A DNA stretch of 64,000 nucleotides from Bacillota bacterium (GCA_050952625.1 JBMNLH010000004.1:1-64000); one strand, 5' to 3'; counted from the stretch's first letter, positions 50,060-62,548 are shown. The notes: generated by a model not told the origin, from the sequence alone. Program-made: numbers and translations.

Positions 50060-50352
50060 CATTTAGCCAAGAACTTTCATAACCAAGGACTTGTGCGTCA
50101 CGCACAACTAATCGTCCCAGCGCGCACTTATTGCAGACATTCGTAACCAAGGACTTTTGCATCCGTAAGTATGGGTGCCTTGTTTATACTGCCAGTGAAA
50201 TTTCTGTGGCGAGCATGCTTTATTTGTGCTCAACCGGTTGCCTTGTTTATAGTGCCAGTGAAATAGCGTCTCCATTTTAATTCTCAATGTTCGGTGAAGC
50301 TAACGAGTTACTAACTACATTAAAAATTAATTGAGTTGATACTTAAATTAAA

Positions 50353-51363
50353 TTAATACTCGGTCATTAATAAAGGTATTCCGATCTGAAAGTAGGTGCG
50401 TTGATCAAATTGATGGTACCGAGATGCAATTTGGAGGTTAACCGGCATCCCGGCTACTGTTTCCTGGTCCATAAGCTCAGGTGTGTAAGCTGTAAGGCTA
50501 ATTAAATCTTTGTCTAGCAAGCCGCTTGGCTGATTAGCCTCCGCTGCGTGAAACATATGATTAATAAATGCTTGTTGATCGGGGAGACTTATTTGGTTGT
50601 CCTGATAGGCAATCAGGGTTAGTGCTGTTTTTACGCCGAAATTACGTTGTCGAAAACTATTTGGCATTTCCGTTAGTTTTTGAGCTTCTTGAGCCAGGCA
50701 GCTTAATACCCTACCGACTTCCTGCTTGACCGCCACTGCTTCCCTAGCGGAACCTATTTCCTTGACGGTAATAACCAGGTAAATGGTTGAATCAAGCGGT
50801 GATTCCTGATCAGCAAAAACACGCGCGCTAACCGTTGCCAAACAACCGGATTCTAACCGTGCGGCCAGTGTCGTGGTCGCAGGGTGAGGCGATTCAGCCA
50901 GGGCGTTGAGACAATTATTGACAAGTTGGTCTAGTTGATCATACTGATTTAGCTGGTTACCCTGGCTTTGTTGGGTAGCTCGTGGTAATCGAACTTTTTG
51001 GTTTAATTCATTTTCTAAGTTTTTGCTTATGTGGTTATCGCCCATGTGGGGTCGAATTTTACCGGTCATTAATTGATTTAGACAACCTTCAGTATTTGCT
51101 GGTTGGGTCTTGTTTTCTGGCTGGGTTTTGATTTTTAGTCGGGTCCACCCTGATACTTGGGCTTGATAAAAGGTTGTCCCTGAGACGCAAAGCATTTTAG
51201 CCAGTAAGTTTTCAGTTTGATCTTCTTTCATGAGGCGGGCAGATCCGGTCCCCCAGCTAGCTTGCCGATCCAGGTCCAATATGAATTGTGTTCCAATAAT
51301 CCTCCCGACAATTAACCCGACGATGATTAATACACCTAGCCATATTAGGCGGTTTGTCTTCAT
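50353..51363 (-). CDS. YwmB-family protein
   Basis: C-terminal ISLTAYTP......VNLQIASRY....RTY..IG.PLL.TEY; located after atpC. Confidence 0.8.
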   Translation of the reverse strand: MKTNRLIWLGVLIIVGLIVGRIIGTQFILDLDRQASWGTGSARLMKEDQTENLLAKMLCVSGTTFYQAQVSGWTRLKIKTQPENKTQPANTEGCLNQLMTGKIRPHMGDNHISKNLENELNQKVRLPRATQQSQGNQLNQYDQLDQLVNNCLNALAESPHPATTTLAARLESGCLATVSARVFADQESPLDSTIYLVITVKEIGSAREAVAVKQEVGRVLSCLAQEAQKLTEMPNSFRQRNFGVKTALTLIAYQDNQISLPDQQAFINHMFHAAEANQPSGLLDKDLISLTAYTPELMDQETVAGMPVNLQIASRYHQFDQRTYFQIGIPLLMTEY

Positions 51364-51440
51364 TGCTTTCCGGCCCCCTTTTGCTACCTATTATTGCCAA
51401 TAATGTCCCAAACTACTATTTAAAAAACTCTAGCCAAGGC

Positions 51441-51515
51441 AGCCAAGGGGACGGTTCTTCCGGAAAAACTTTCCCTTTGCTGCTCTTACCGGCCAGAAGA
51501 ACCGTCCCCTTGGCT
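51441..51515. repeat. REP family C doublet (perfect 20-bp inverted repeat)
   Basis: AGCCAAGGGGACGGTTCTTC ... GAAGAACCGTCCCCTTGGCT. Related GAGAACCGTCCC or GGGACAGGTT.ACTGTCCC copies occur near 19690-19780, 22980, 24965-25030, 25630-25870, 38560, 40270, 41805, 45475, 46445, 46525 and 62505. Confidence 0.8.
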
Positions 51516-51526
51516 GGGGCAAAATT

Positions 51527-51555
51527 AAAAGCCGAGGGGAACTCCCTCGGCTTTT
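51527..51555 (-). terminator. atp operon terminator
   Basis: aaaagccgaggg-gaact-ccctcggctttt. Confidence 0.85.
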
Positions 51556-51602
51556 GGATAACTCTCGTTTCATATTAACTTTCATTGAGGTAGCGTCATT
51601 TT

Positions 51603-52034
51603 CTAGTGCTTTTGGTACCCGGCACCAATTTCTGCCTCGTAGGCCTTAATGCGGCTCAAAGCACGTTCTAGAGCCAATTGCGCCCGCAGAATGTTTATCT
51701 CATCCTGACGATCCCTTAAGCGATCCTCTGCCCTTTGTTTAGCAGCCTTGGCTCGTTCAACGTCTATCTCTGATCCAGTTTCTGCGGTATCTGCCAGAAC
51801 CATTACCTTGTTTTCGGTAATCTCCAGCAGTCCTCCACTGATGGCAATATGCCGGGTTTGTCCGTTAACGGTAAAGCGCATTACCCCAATTTTTAAGGCA
51901 GCTACAAGTGGGGCGTGGTCTTTTAAGACCCCGACTTCACCGGTCCAGGCCGGAGCTACTAGAAATTCCGCTTCCTCACCGATCACCTGCCGCTCAGGGG
52001 TAATCACCTCCAAACGGAATTCCTTGCCGTCCAT
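51603..52034 (-). CDS. atpC: ATP synthase epsilon subunit
   Basis: LEVITPER, GEVGVL..HAPL, IDVERA; operon position. Confidence 0.97.
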   Translation of the reverse strand: MDGKEFRLEVITPERQVIGEEAEFLVAPAWTGEVGVLKDHAPLVAALKIGVMRFTVNGQTRHIAISGGLLEITENKVMVLADTAETGSEIDVERAKAAKQRAEDRLRDRQDEINILRAQLALERALSRIKAYEAEIGAGYQKH

Positions 52035-52037
52035 GGA

Positions 52038-53486
<1,449 letters not shown>

Positions 53487-54365
53487 TTACCTCTTCAGGG
53501 CTTCCGCGCCCGCTACAATTTCGAGCAGCTCCTTGGTAATCGCTGCTTGACGAGCCTTGTTCATGGATAAAGTAAGGGTGTCAATCATTTCCTTAGCATT
53601 ATCAGTCGCCGCTCCCATGGCGGTCATCCTCGCCCCTTGCTCGCTGGCCTTGCCCTCTAACAAGGACCGGTACACTTGCGTCTCAATGAACTTGGGCAGG
53701 ATGGCAGCCATTAATGTATCCGGGTCCGGCTCGTAAATGTAGTCGGTCCGCACAATTAGTTTCTTCTCTTCTTCGGTTTCATCTTCGCTTATTTGGAACG
53801 GCAGTAAATGCCGCACTCGCGGTATCTGCTGCAGGGCGGTTAAGAATTCGGCATAAACTAACCGAACTTCATCCACCACTTCTTCTAAAAATAGATTCAC
53901 TACAAACTGAGCTATCTCACGAGCTTGCACGAAGTTGGGATTATCGCCCAGGTTAACAAATTCACCCAAGACATTATAATCACGTTTTTTGAAGTAATCA
54001 CGTGCTTTGCGGCCTACCGCCACCACTGCCACCTGAGCCCCTTCCGGTAAATCACGGCTGCTTTGAACTGCTCGTCGAATAATATTCGTGTTATACGCTC
54101 CACACAATCCTCGATCCGCAGTTATCACCAGTAAGCAAACTGTTTTAACCGGTCGAACGCTTGCTAGCGGGTGTTGTAATTCCCCTTCGGCTTTCAGTAG
54201 GTGATCAAGCACTTCTCCAATTTGATCAGCGTACGGGCGGGCCATGACCGCCATTTCTTGCGCGCGTCTCAACTTGGCCGCCGCTACCATTTCCATGGCT
54301 CCGGTGATCTGCTGGGTGCTTTTAACACTGCGGATCCGCCGCTTAATATCCCTTACTCCCGCCAA
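53487..54365 (-). CDS. atpG: ATP synthase gamma subunit
   Basis: IKRRIRSVKSTQQIT.AMEMVAAAK, DRGLCG, NKARQAAIT. Confidence 0.98.
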   Translation of the reverse strand: MAGVRDIKRRIRSVKSTQQITGAMEMVAAAKLRRAQEMAVMARPYADQIGEVLDHLLKAEGELQHPLASVRPVKTVCLLVITADRGLCGAYNTNIIRRAVQSSRDLPEGAQVAVVAVGRKARDYFKKRDYNVLGEFVNLGDNPNFVQAREIAQFVVNLFLEEVVDEVRLVYAEFLTALQQIPRVRHLLPFQISEDETEEEKKLIVRTDYIYEPDPDTLMAAILPKFIETQVYRSLLEGKASEQGARMTAMGAATDNAKEMIDTLTLSMNKARQAAITKELLEIVAGAEALKR

Positions 54366-54378
54366 TCTGCTTCACCAC

Positions 54379-55899
<1,521 letters not shown>

Positions 55900-55946
55900 T
55901 CACCCCTACCTTCCTAGACTCTTATGGCCATATTCCGGTAAGCCTA

Positions 55947-56501
55947 TCAACTAAACCGTAACTGTGCCTTACTAAGATTAGATTTGAGCATTTGTAACCG
56001 TTTGGTGATACTGCCGTCAATTACCCGGTCACCGACTCTGATTACCAGTCCGCCAATTAACTTGGGATCGACTAAAGTCTTTAGCCGGACATTCTTCCCG
56101 GTTAATTCGCTTAAACGGGCCTGCAGGCCTTTGAGGTCCTTCGGCGACAACTCAATGGCTGAGGTAACGGTGGCATCCAGTATATTCCGGGCTTTGTTAG
56201 CCATTTCCACATACTGAAGTTGAATCTGTTCCAAGTAGACTTCTCTTTTTTTATCAATCAAGAGATTAATAAAATTCAATAACAATGGAGAAATCCGGCC
56301 ACCGAAGATATCCTTGACGATAATTTTTTTATCGTTTTCTTTAATTAGGCGGTGATAGAAGACCCGCTTCAGTTCTCTGTTGGCGTTAATGTCGGCCACC
56401 AAATTCTGAAGTTGTACCTCCATCTCCCCCAACTCATTCCTCTCCTGGGCCAGTTCAAAAAAGGCAGCAGCGTATCGGCGCGCCACGCTCTTACTTAGCA
56501 C
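55947..56501 (-). CDS. atpH: ATP synthase delta subunit
   Basis: VARRYA, VDPKLIGG..IRVGDRVIDGS. Confidence 0.96.
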   Translation of the reverse strand: MLSKSVARRYAAAFFELAQERNELGEMEVQLQNLVADINANRELKRVFYHRLIKENDKKIIVKDIFGGRISPLLLNFINLLIDKKREVYLEQIQLQYVEMANKARNILDATVTSAIELSPKDLKGLQARLSELTGKNVRLKTLVDPKLIGGLVIRVGDRVIDGSITKRLQMLKSNLSKAQLRFS

Positions 56502-57100
56502 AATCTATCCCCTACCTCATTGACAAAGTCCTTAACCATCTTCTGGTGGTCTTCAATGGTAATTGCTTTACCCAGGACCTTCTCAGCCGCTAAAATAGCT
56601 AAAGTAGCCGCTTGATCTCGAAGCTCGTTAACCGCTTTTTCTTTAGCACTTTCAATCTCAGCCACTGCTCGGGCCCGCTCATTGGCCGCCTCTTCCTTGG
56701 CCTTGGCAATTAACTCGGCCTTGGTTTCTTCGCCAATTTGTTGTGCCCGGGCAACAATTTCCTGGGCTTCCTTTCGGGAATCCAGCAGATTTTGCTGCGC
56801 TTCTTGTTTCATTCTTTCGATATCAACCCGAATTTCTTCGGCATGGCGCAAAGAACTCTCAATGGTATTTTTCCGATCATCCAACATTTGAAGAATTGGA
56901 TTATAGGCAAACTTGTACAAAATAGCCAGTAAGAAGAGGAAGTTGATAATTGCCCACATAACTTTGTATGCTTCAATTGCCGGTACCCCATGTGCTTCAG
57001 CAGCAAGGACCGGACTGGCTAGTATTAATTGCAGTGAGCTTAATGCCGCTACTCCCCCTGCCGTCTGTCCGACTCTGGCTAACCAACCTCTTTTTATCAT
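56495..57100 (-). CDS. atpF: ATP synthase subunit b with N-terminal extension
   Basis: WAIINFLFLLAILYKFAYNPI followed by a long charged helix and AAEKVL; operon position. Confidence 0.93.
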   Translation of the reverse strand: MIKRGWLARVGQTAGGVAALSSLQLILASPVLAAEAHGVPAIEAYKVMWAIINFLFLLAILYKFAYNPILQMLDDRKNTIESSLRHAEEIRVDIERMKQEAQQNLLDSRKEAQEIVARAQQIGEETKAELIAKAKEEAANERARAVAEIESAKEKAVNELRDQAATLAILAAEKVLGKAITIEDHQKMVKDFVNEVGDRLC

Positions 57101-57216
57101 CTTGGTCAGTAAACCTCCAATCTCTAGGAGCTTTCTCGGGGAATAAGGATTGGGGCGATAGCAGCCAAAAAGAAAACCTTTTCAGCCTTCTATCGCCCTT
57201 CACACTTAAGCTGTTC

Positions 57217-57453
57217 TTAGCCTATCTTACCGATCAGCATGAAAGCGATCAGAAGACCGTAAATGGTCAGGGTTTCCATGAAGGCCAATGCGATGAACAG
57301 CAAGGTTCGGATGGTGCCAGCGGTTTCCGGTTGGCGGGCAATACTTTCAAAGGCCTTACCAGAAGCAATACCTTGACCTACGCCAGCACCGGTGGCCGCC
57401 ACAGCCACTGCGATAGATGCACCTATGGCGATCATTCCTGCAGCTTGATCCAT
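57217..57453 (-). CDS. atpE: ATP synthase subunit c
   Basis: [21 protein letters not shown]. Confidence 0.97.
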   Translation of the reverse strand: MDQAAGMIAIGASIAVAVAATGAGVGQGIASGKAFESIARQPETAGTIRTLLFIALAFMETLTIYGLLIAFMLIGKIG

Positions 57454-57652
57454 CTTTTGATTTCCCCCCTTTCTTAGTTACCAGCCCTTCCTCCCTTCTC
57501 TGTTACCCTCCAGGAGGCGACTGGTGTAAGTTCTTGAATAAGTTGACACCTTAAAATTTAAATAAAATTAAATAATATGGATAAGTGTGCCTAACTTCGC
57601 GTGATAGTGAGTCTATTCTCCAATAGGTACTGCGGCAACGTTTCCTTAATGG

Positions 57653-58324
57653 CTAATGGCTCTCGTGTTCTTCAGTAGCTGCTCCAATATAACTGGTGGC
57701 CAAAATTGTGAAAACCAAGGCCTGGATAGCACCCAGCAAGACCGACAGTCCCATCATTGCGACGGGTACCAGGAATGGAGCCATCCCCAACAGGAAGAAT
57801 AATATCGTCTCTTCTGCAAAGATATTGCCAAATAGACGAAGGGTGAGCGACAATGGACGGGCAACTTCTTCTAATAGATTTAAGGGTAGGAATGCGGCAA
57901 ATGGTGTAACAAAATGCTTGAAATAGCCGATACCATGGGCTTTAACCCCATAGTAGTGAGTGGCAAAAAAGACAACAATAGCCAGTGCTCCGGTTACATT
58001 CCAGTCACTAGTTGGCGGCTGAAAGCCATGCACCATCCCTGCACCGGGCACCAGCCCTGAGTAGTTACATAATAGAATAAATAGGAAAAAGGTAGCCAGC
58101 AAGGGCGTATACAGCCGCGCCCTCTTTTCTCCCAAAACACTCGAAAAAAAGTTTAATAACCCCTCCACTATTGCCTCTGCTACGTTTTGAATTCCTCCAG
58201 GGACTCTCTTCATGTTCCGGGTCCCAAAATAAAAGAGCAATGCCAGGATTGCCATGATTACCCAGGAAGTAACCGTAATATTATACACGGGAACCGGACC
58301 AATGTGAAACAAGACACCTTGCAA
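57653..58324 (-). CDS. atpB: ATP synthase subunit a
   Basis: PTSDWN, ARPLSLTLRLFGN, IQALVF..L..SYI. Start at TTG 58324 after a G-rich RBS. Confidence 0.96.
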   Translation of the reverse strand: MQGVLFHIGPVPVYNITVTSWVIMAILALLFYFGTRNMKRVPGGIQNVAEAIVEGLLNFFSSVLGEKRARLYTPLLATFFLFILLCNYSGLVPGAGMVHGFQPPTSDWNVTGALAIVVFFATHYYGVKAHGIGYFKHFVTPFAAFLPLNLLEEVARPLSLTLRLFGNIFAEETILFFLLGMAPFLVPVAMMGLSVLLGAIQALVFTILATSYIGAATEEHESH

Positions 58325-58430
58325 ATCTCTCCCCCCCTTCCGCAACCAAATTGCCTTGTTTTATTACACTTCTGGGAAGTCGGTACGACCGTATTTCCCA
58401 AACATGACATCCAAAACAGATAAAAATGAT

Positions 58431-58751
58431 TTAGGGCTCTGGATCTGTTGGCCCCTGATTCTTTTTATACTGTTCGCGAAGCTCTTTCATTTTAGCGAGG
58501 TTGTCCTTTAAATTAATGGCTTTTCGTACATCCTCGGGCTTTTCCAGTTTACCAAAAGCCGTTTCGTACATCATTTTTAGGCCCGTCGCGGTGCCAAGCA
58601 AAAAGAAAGTTAAGGTTAACCACGGTGCTGTCCCGAAACGCTTATCCAAAAAGGCCCCCAAAAAATACCCAACCGCCAACGATGCTGCCATATTTGTGCC
58701 CATTGCCAGGGCCTTGCCCAGTGCTTTGGTATTCCAAGAATCTTTTTCCAC
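58431..58751 (-). CDS. AtpZ/AtpI-family protein
   Basis: GYFLGAFLDKRFGTAPWL motif, two TM helices, first gene of the atp operon. Confidence 0.9.
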   Translation of the reverse strand: MEKDSWNTKALGKALAMGTNMAASLAVGYFLGAFLDKRFGTAPWLTLTFFLLGTATGLKMMYETAFGKLEKPEDVRKAINLKDNLAKMKELREQYKKNQGPTDPEP

Positions 58752-58898
58752 TGTATTCCCCTCCTGCCGTCTTTATTCTGGCAAAGTGCCAAAATTCGCA
58801 ACCAATATGGTTTTTAGTAATTCGCGGACACGAGGTAATACATTAGTTGCTCCAATCAGGTCGATCCTTGATTGCTTTTAGATTCTGATAAGGATAAG

Positions 58899-59070
58899 AT
58901 TCGCCAGAAACTTTAGAAATCCTTTTTTCTTGAGTCATATTTCTCGGTTTTTTTACATCCATTGACACAATTCGTAGATTAATTAGGAGTGGAAACCCTT
59001 AAAATGATCATCGTCGCAGTTCTAGTCGCAGTTCTAGAAGTGTATATTCTACGCCCAGAGAGCATTTCCT
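58899..59070 (-). promoter_or_regulatory. Two sigma-H-like promoters upstream of the atp operon
   Basis: AGGA-N17-GAAT at 58899-58923 and 59046-59070. Confidence 0.55.
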
Positions 59071-59305
59071 TCCCGTAATAAGAGAAACTTTTCCCAACGA
59101 TTATATTCGAAACTTTTCGCCAGTTCTGGCAAATCTGCTAAATCAGTCAATTCACCTCCTAATAATTAGAATGCAATTTGGTTTCGACCTAATCAAGCTA
59201 AGTTTTGCCTTCGTGCCTGGCTGTACATACAATCAGTATTCGTTTATCGAGGTGCGTTCAATGCATAATCATAATAGGGCTGAAGGAAATGAAGAATCTT
59301 ACGCT

Positions 59306-59755
59306 TCACGCCTTAAGGTACCCGCGCCGCAGTAATTTTTGCCGATGTTCTTCCAAAAGCTCATCCAGGTCAACGTCTAATTGATAGATAAAGGTGGCAC
59401 AGGTTTGAATAATGTCCAGCAATTCTCTGGCAATCCGGGCTTGAATCTCCTGTTCCCCTTGCGACTCGCTAACGGTCCGTTCCCGCAGACCCTGGTATTT
59501 TTGGGTAATCTCCGCTAAAGCCGACAAATCAATCTCCACCTGTTGGTTCATCACCTCAGCTATTTCGCGTCCCATATCTCGGCTGAGCAGCTTCAGCATT
59601 ACTGCCTGACGGTCTTCCCCGCTCATGCCACGGACTTTACCGACAATTTCACTGCATTCCCCCACTTCTTCCGCTAGTTTTATCATGGTGCTTTCGATCG
59701 TTGGCTTTAGATCCAGTTTCGGAAACACTTTTTGCAAATCAGCCAGCAAGCTCAA
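59306..59755 (-). CDS. MazG-like nucleotide pyrophosphohydrolase family protein
   Basis: KLAEEVGE ... ARELLDIIQ acidic motifs; C-terminal H..KL..RGY. Confidence 0.8.
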   Translation of the reverse strand: MSLLADLQKVFPKLDLKPTIESTMIKLAEEVGECSEIVGKVRGMSGEDRQAVMLKLLSRDMGREIAEVMNQQVEIDLSALAEITQKYQGLRERTVSESQGEQEIQARIARELLDIIQTCATFIYQLDVDLDELLEEHRQKLLRRGYLKA

Positions 59756-59842
59756 TCCAGATCACTCCTTATTTGCCTTTAACCCTTTTACATTATAACT
59801 TGTATCCAGGCCTCGCCTTCGCCGCCTCCATCGACATCAAAA

Positions 59843-59947
59843 CCTCACGCCTCACACCTCACGCCTCACACCTCACGCCTCACACCTCACGCCTCACGCC
59901 TCACGCCTCACACCTCACGCCTCACACCTCACGCCTCACGCCTCACC
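59843..59947. repeat. Heptamer array (CCTCACR) x15
   Basis: Read directly. Related arrays at 62420-62482, ~9889-9933 and ~10682-10709. Confidence 0.95.
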
Positions 59948-60429
59948 TATTGAAACCGCTCCAGTTTTACGCCGGCCTGGTCAAAAATCCTCCTGGCTAA
60001 AGGGTCCGGGTAGTCTCCCCGAAACACGACCCGGACGATCCGGGCGTTAACGAGCATCTTGGCACACAAGATGCAGGGCTGGTGAGTACAGTAAAGAGTG
60101 GCCCCGGCCGGGGAACGGCCGTGAAGGGCGGCCTGGATCAGACAGTTTTGCTCCGCGTGTACACCAATACACATCTCGTGCCGCTCCCCTGAGGGAATAC
60201 CTAATTCGTCGCGAAGACAACCGACATCCAGACAATGAGGCAGACCAGTGGGGGCTCCATTATAGCCGGTGGCAATAATATGCCGATCCCGAACCAGCAC
60301 GGCCCCTACCTGCCGGCGCTGACAGGTCGACCGTTGGGCCACCAAATCACACATGGTCATGAAGTACTCGTCCCAAGAGGGCCGCTGCTTTTGACTAATT
60401 CCGCCGTTTGACGGGTGATCGGTCCCCAT
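59947..60429 (-). CDS. dCMP deaminase (ComEB-like)
   Basis: RPSWDEYFM, RSTC.RRQVGA, TGYNG, HAEQN, PCILC. Confidence 0.93.
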   Translation of the reverse strand: MGTDHPSNGGISQKQRPSWDEYFMTMCDLVAQRSTCQRRQVGAVLVRDRHIIATGYNGAPTGLPHCLDVGCLRDELGIPSGERHEMCIGVHAEQNCLIQAALHGRSPAGATLYCTHQPCILCAKMLVNARIVRVVFRGDYPDPLARRIFDQAGVKLERFQ

Positions 60430-60747
60430 TTAAAACCATCTCCTTGAAACTTCTCTCCGCCAAAAGTATTTATATTAAGCACCCAAAGTTAAAATTCTTC
60501 GCTTCGCCCAAAATTATCACCATTGCCCGCACCACGATAAGCCGGTGTATTCTTAGGAATCCACAGTTAGAGTTAGCCGCTTGTTTTCATGTGAACCCCC
60601 TGGCACTGAGGAAGGGGACTTCTCGCTGATTTTTGTTAAATTAATCCTGGAGTATCCCGCGTCAAATTTTAAAAATTCAAACCGTAAATTTTATTTTAAC
60701 ACACATTAGATGGACCGCCACAAATAAGCTAGGCTACATTTTTACTT

Positions 60748-60856
60748 GGATTAAAAAACTCCCTCTTCTATAAGTAGAGGTTACCTTCTTTAAACTTCAG
60801 GTGGAGTAGAGTCCCCATTTGAAGCCTTGATGTTCAGCGAAGCTGAACGAGTTCAC
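60748..60856 (+). mobile_element. Copy of the ~108-bp IS200/IS605-like element
   Basis: Near-identical to 38034-38143; ends GAGTTCAC. Confidence 0.7.
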
Positions 60857-60991
60857 TACCATATTAGAACTGTCCGAACGAGTAAATTTGTTTTGACCCA
60901 GCGGTCTTCCAGCAGCAGGAATTTGGCACAAAAAGACGTAAATAGTTACTGATGTGAATAATAAATTGATGTGAATTAAATATTTTAAGAC

Positions 60992-61019
60992 TTGAACGAA
61001 AACAAATGTTTGGTATAAT
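60992..61019 (+). promoter_or_regulatory. Sigma-A promoter of the methyltransferase
   Basis: TTGAAC-N16-TATAAT with an extended -10 TG. Confidence 0.6.
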
Positions 61020-61048
61020 GAAATAAAACATAAGTTCGGAGGATTACT

Positions 61049-62056
61049 ATGGAACAGCAGACTATCTTTGAATGTATTCCAAAAAATTGGAGCACCCAAA
61101 ATTTAAAGTCAATTCGTTATATAGATTTGTTTTGCGGAATTGGCGGGTTCAGGATAGCCGCTGAACAAGTTTTCCGTAAAAACAAAATTAATTCAAAGTG
61201 TGTTTTTTCCTGCGATATTGATAAGTATGTTCAAAAATCTTATTATGCTAACTTTGGTGACCAGCCAGCCGGAGATATTACGGAAATTGCTGCTCCAGAC
61301 ATTCCGGACCATGACTTATTATTTGCGGGGTTCCCTTGTCAACCATTTAGTATAATTGGAATGGGTAAAGGATTTGAGGACATAAGAGGTACTTTATTTT
61401 TTGATATAGCCAGAATTTTAGCCGTTAAAAAACCGAAGGCCTTCATTTTAGAGAATGTCAAGCAATTAGTTGGACATAGAAAAGGGACTACCTTTAAGAC
61501 AATTATCCAAACTTTACATAACCTTGGCTATTACATTGATTATCGAGTTCTAAATGCCTTGGATTATGGATTACCCCAAAAAAGGGAGCGAGTTTTTATC
61601 GTTGGCTTTTACAAACAAATGTGGTTTCAATGGCCTTCCAACTTTTCTAAGCGCACACCTTTAGAGGAAATCCTTGAAACAGACATTGACCAAAAGTACT
61701 ACGTCTCCGACAGAATAAGAAAAAAACGCCATGATATGCATAAATCTCAGTACTACCCATCAATTTGGCATGAAAATAAAGCTGGAAATATTTGTTCCTA
61801 TCCTTATTCTTGCGCTTTAAGGGCTGGTGCTTCGTATAATTATTTATTGGTTAACGGCGAAAGGAGATTAACCCCGCGTGAAATGTTAAGATTGCAGGGA
61901 TTTCCTGATAGCTTCAAAATAGTAGTCCCGGATTTCCAGATGAGAAAGCAAGCAGGTAATGCTGTACCAGTTAATGTGGTCCGAGCCGTACTGGAATCTT
62001 TTTTGCCAATTATTTTAGAAAACCATTCAACAATAAGGTGTAAAGAAATCGTTTAA
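61049..62056 (+). CDS. DNA (cytosine-5)-methyltransferase
   Basis: DLFCGIGG, GFPCQPFS, ENV, PQKRERVF, LTPREMLRLQGFPD, QAGNAV; AT-rich and opposite in strand to its neighbours. Confidence 0.96.
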   Translation: MEQQTIFECIPKNWSTQNLKSIRYIDLFCGIGGFRIAAEQVFRKNKINSKCVFSCDIDKYVQKSYYANFGDQPAGDITEIAAPDIPDHDLLFAGFPCQPFSIIGMGKGFEDIRGTLFFDIARILAVKKPKAFILENVKQLVGHRKGTTFKTIIQTLHNLGYYIDYRVLNALDYGLPQKRERVFIVGFYKQMWFQWPSNFSKRTPLEEILETDIDQKYYVSDRIRKKRHDMHKSQYYPSIWHENKAGNICSYPYSCALRAGASYNYLLVNGERRLTPREMLRLQGFPDSFKIVVPDFQMRKQAGNAVPVNVVRAVLESFLPIILENHSTIRCKEIV

Positions 62057-62268
62057 TTTTCAAAAGAGGAAATCTGGAAGGCTTTAATAAGTTGGAGGAT
62101 CATTGTTTTACCTGGCAACCGCACGGATCGCAGTTTACTATTATAGAAAAAATCCCGGATAATTGCTTAATTATCAGAATCAAAAAGCCCCCGCATTTAG
62201 ACAAAGACAAGCTATTGGCAACAATAGGTTTTGATAAAACTTGGGTAACCATAGTTACTAAGCAATAA
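62044..62268 (+). pseudogene. Headless C-terminal gene fragment, probably the cognate restriction endonuclease
   Basis: Open frame of 74 codons without an ATG (RNRLIFKRGNLEGFNKLEDHCFTWQPHGSQFTIIEKIP...IGFDKTWVTIVTKQ-stop); same AT-rich composition as the MTase; followed by a hairpin at 62313-62347. Confidence 0.5.
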
Positions 62269-62419
62269 TTCTTTATACAAATTTTAAATTTAGTCTTAAG
62301 AAATTTAAAAACAGCAGGAGGCGTAATCGCTGGCAACGTCTCCTGCTTATTTCACAAACTAGGTCCCTTAGATGTTGGATTTAAATTTTAAGGATTCACA
62401 TCAGACAAAAAACCTATCG

Positions 62420-62482
62420 GCTCACACCTCACACCTCACACCTCACACCTCACACCTCACACCTCACACCTCACGCCTCACA
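62420..62482. repeat. Heptamer array (CCTCACA) x9
   Basis: Read directly from the sequence. Confidence 0.93.
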
Positions 62483-62548
62483 TCTTCCCATGCAGGTGCT
62501 CAAGACAGAGAACCCATCCCCCTGTCTCGGACCGTTCCCTGGTCCCCC

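Noticed and set aside
59306-60429. dCMP deaminase plus MazG-like gene as a nucleotide-depletion anti-phage system
   Set aside because: The deaminase is the short housekeeping type without a kinase domain, in its usual glyA-atp position with host-like composition.
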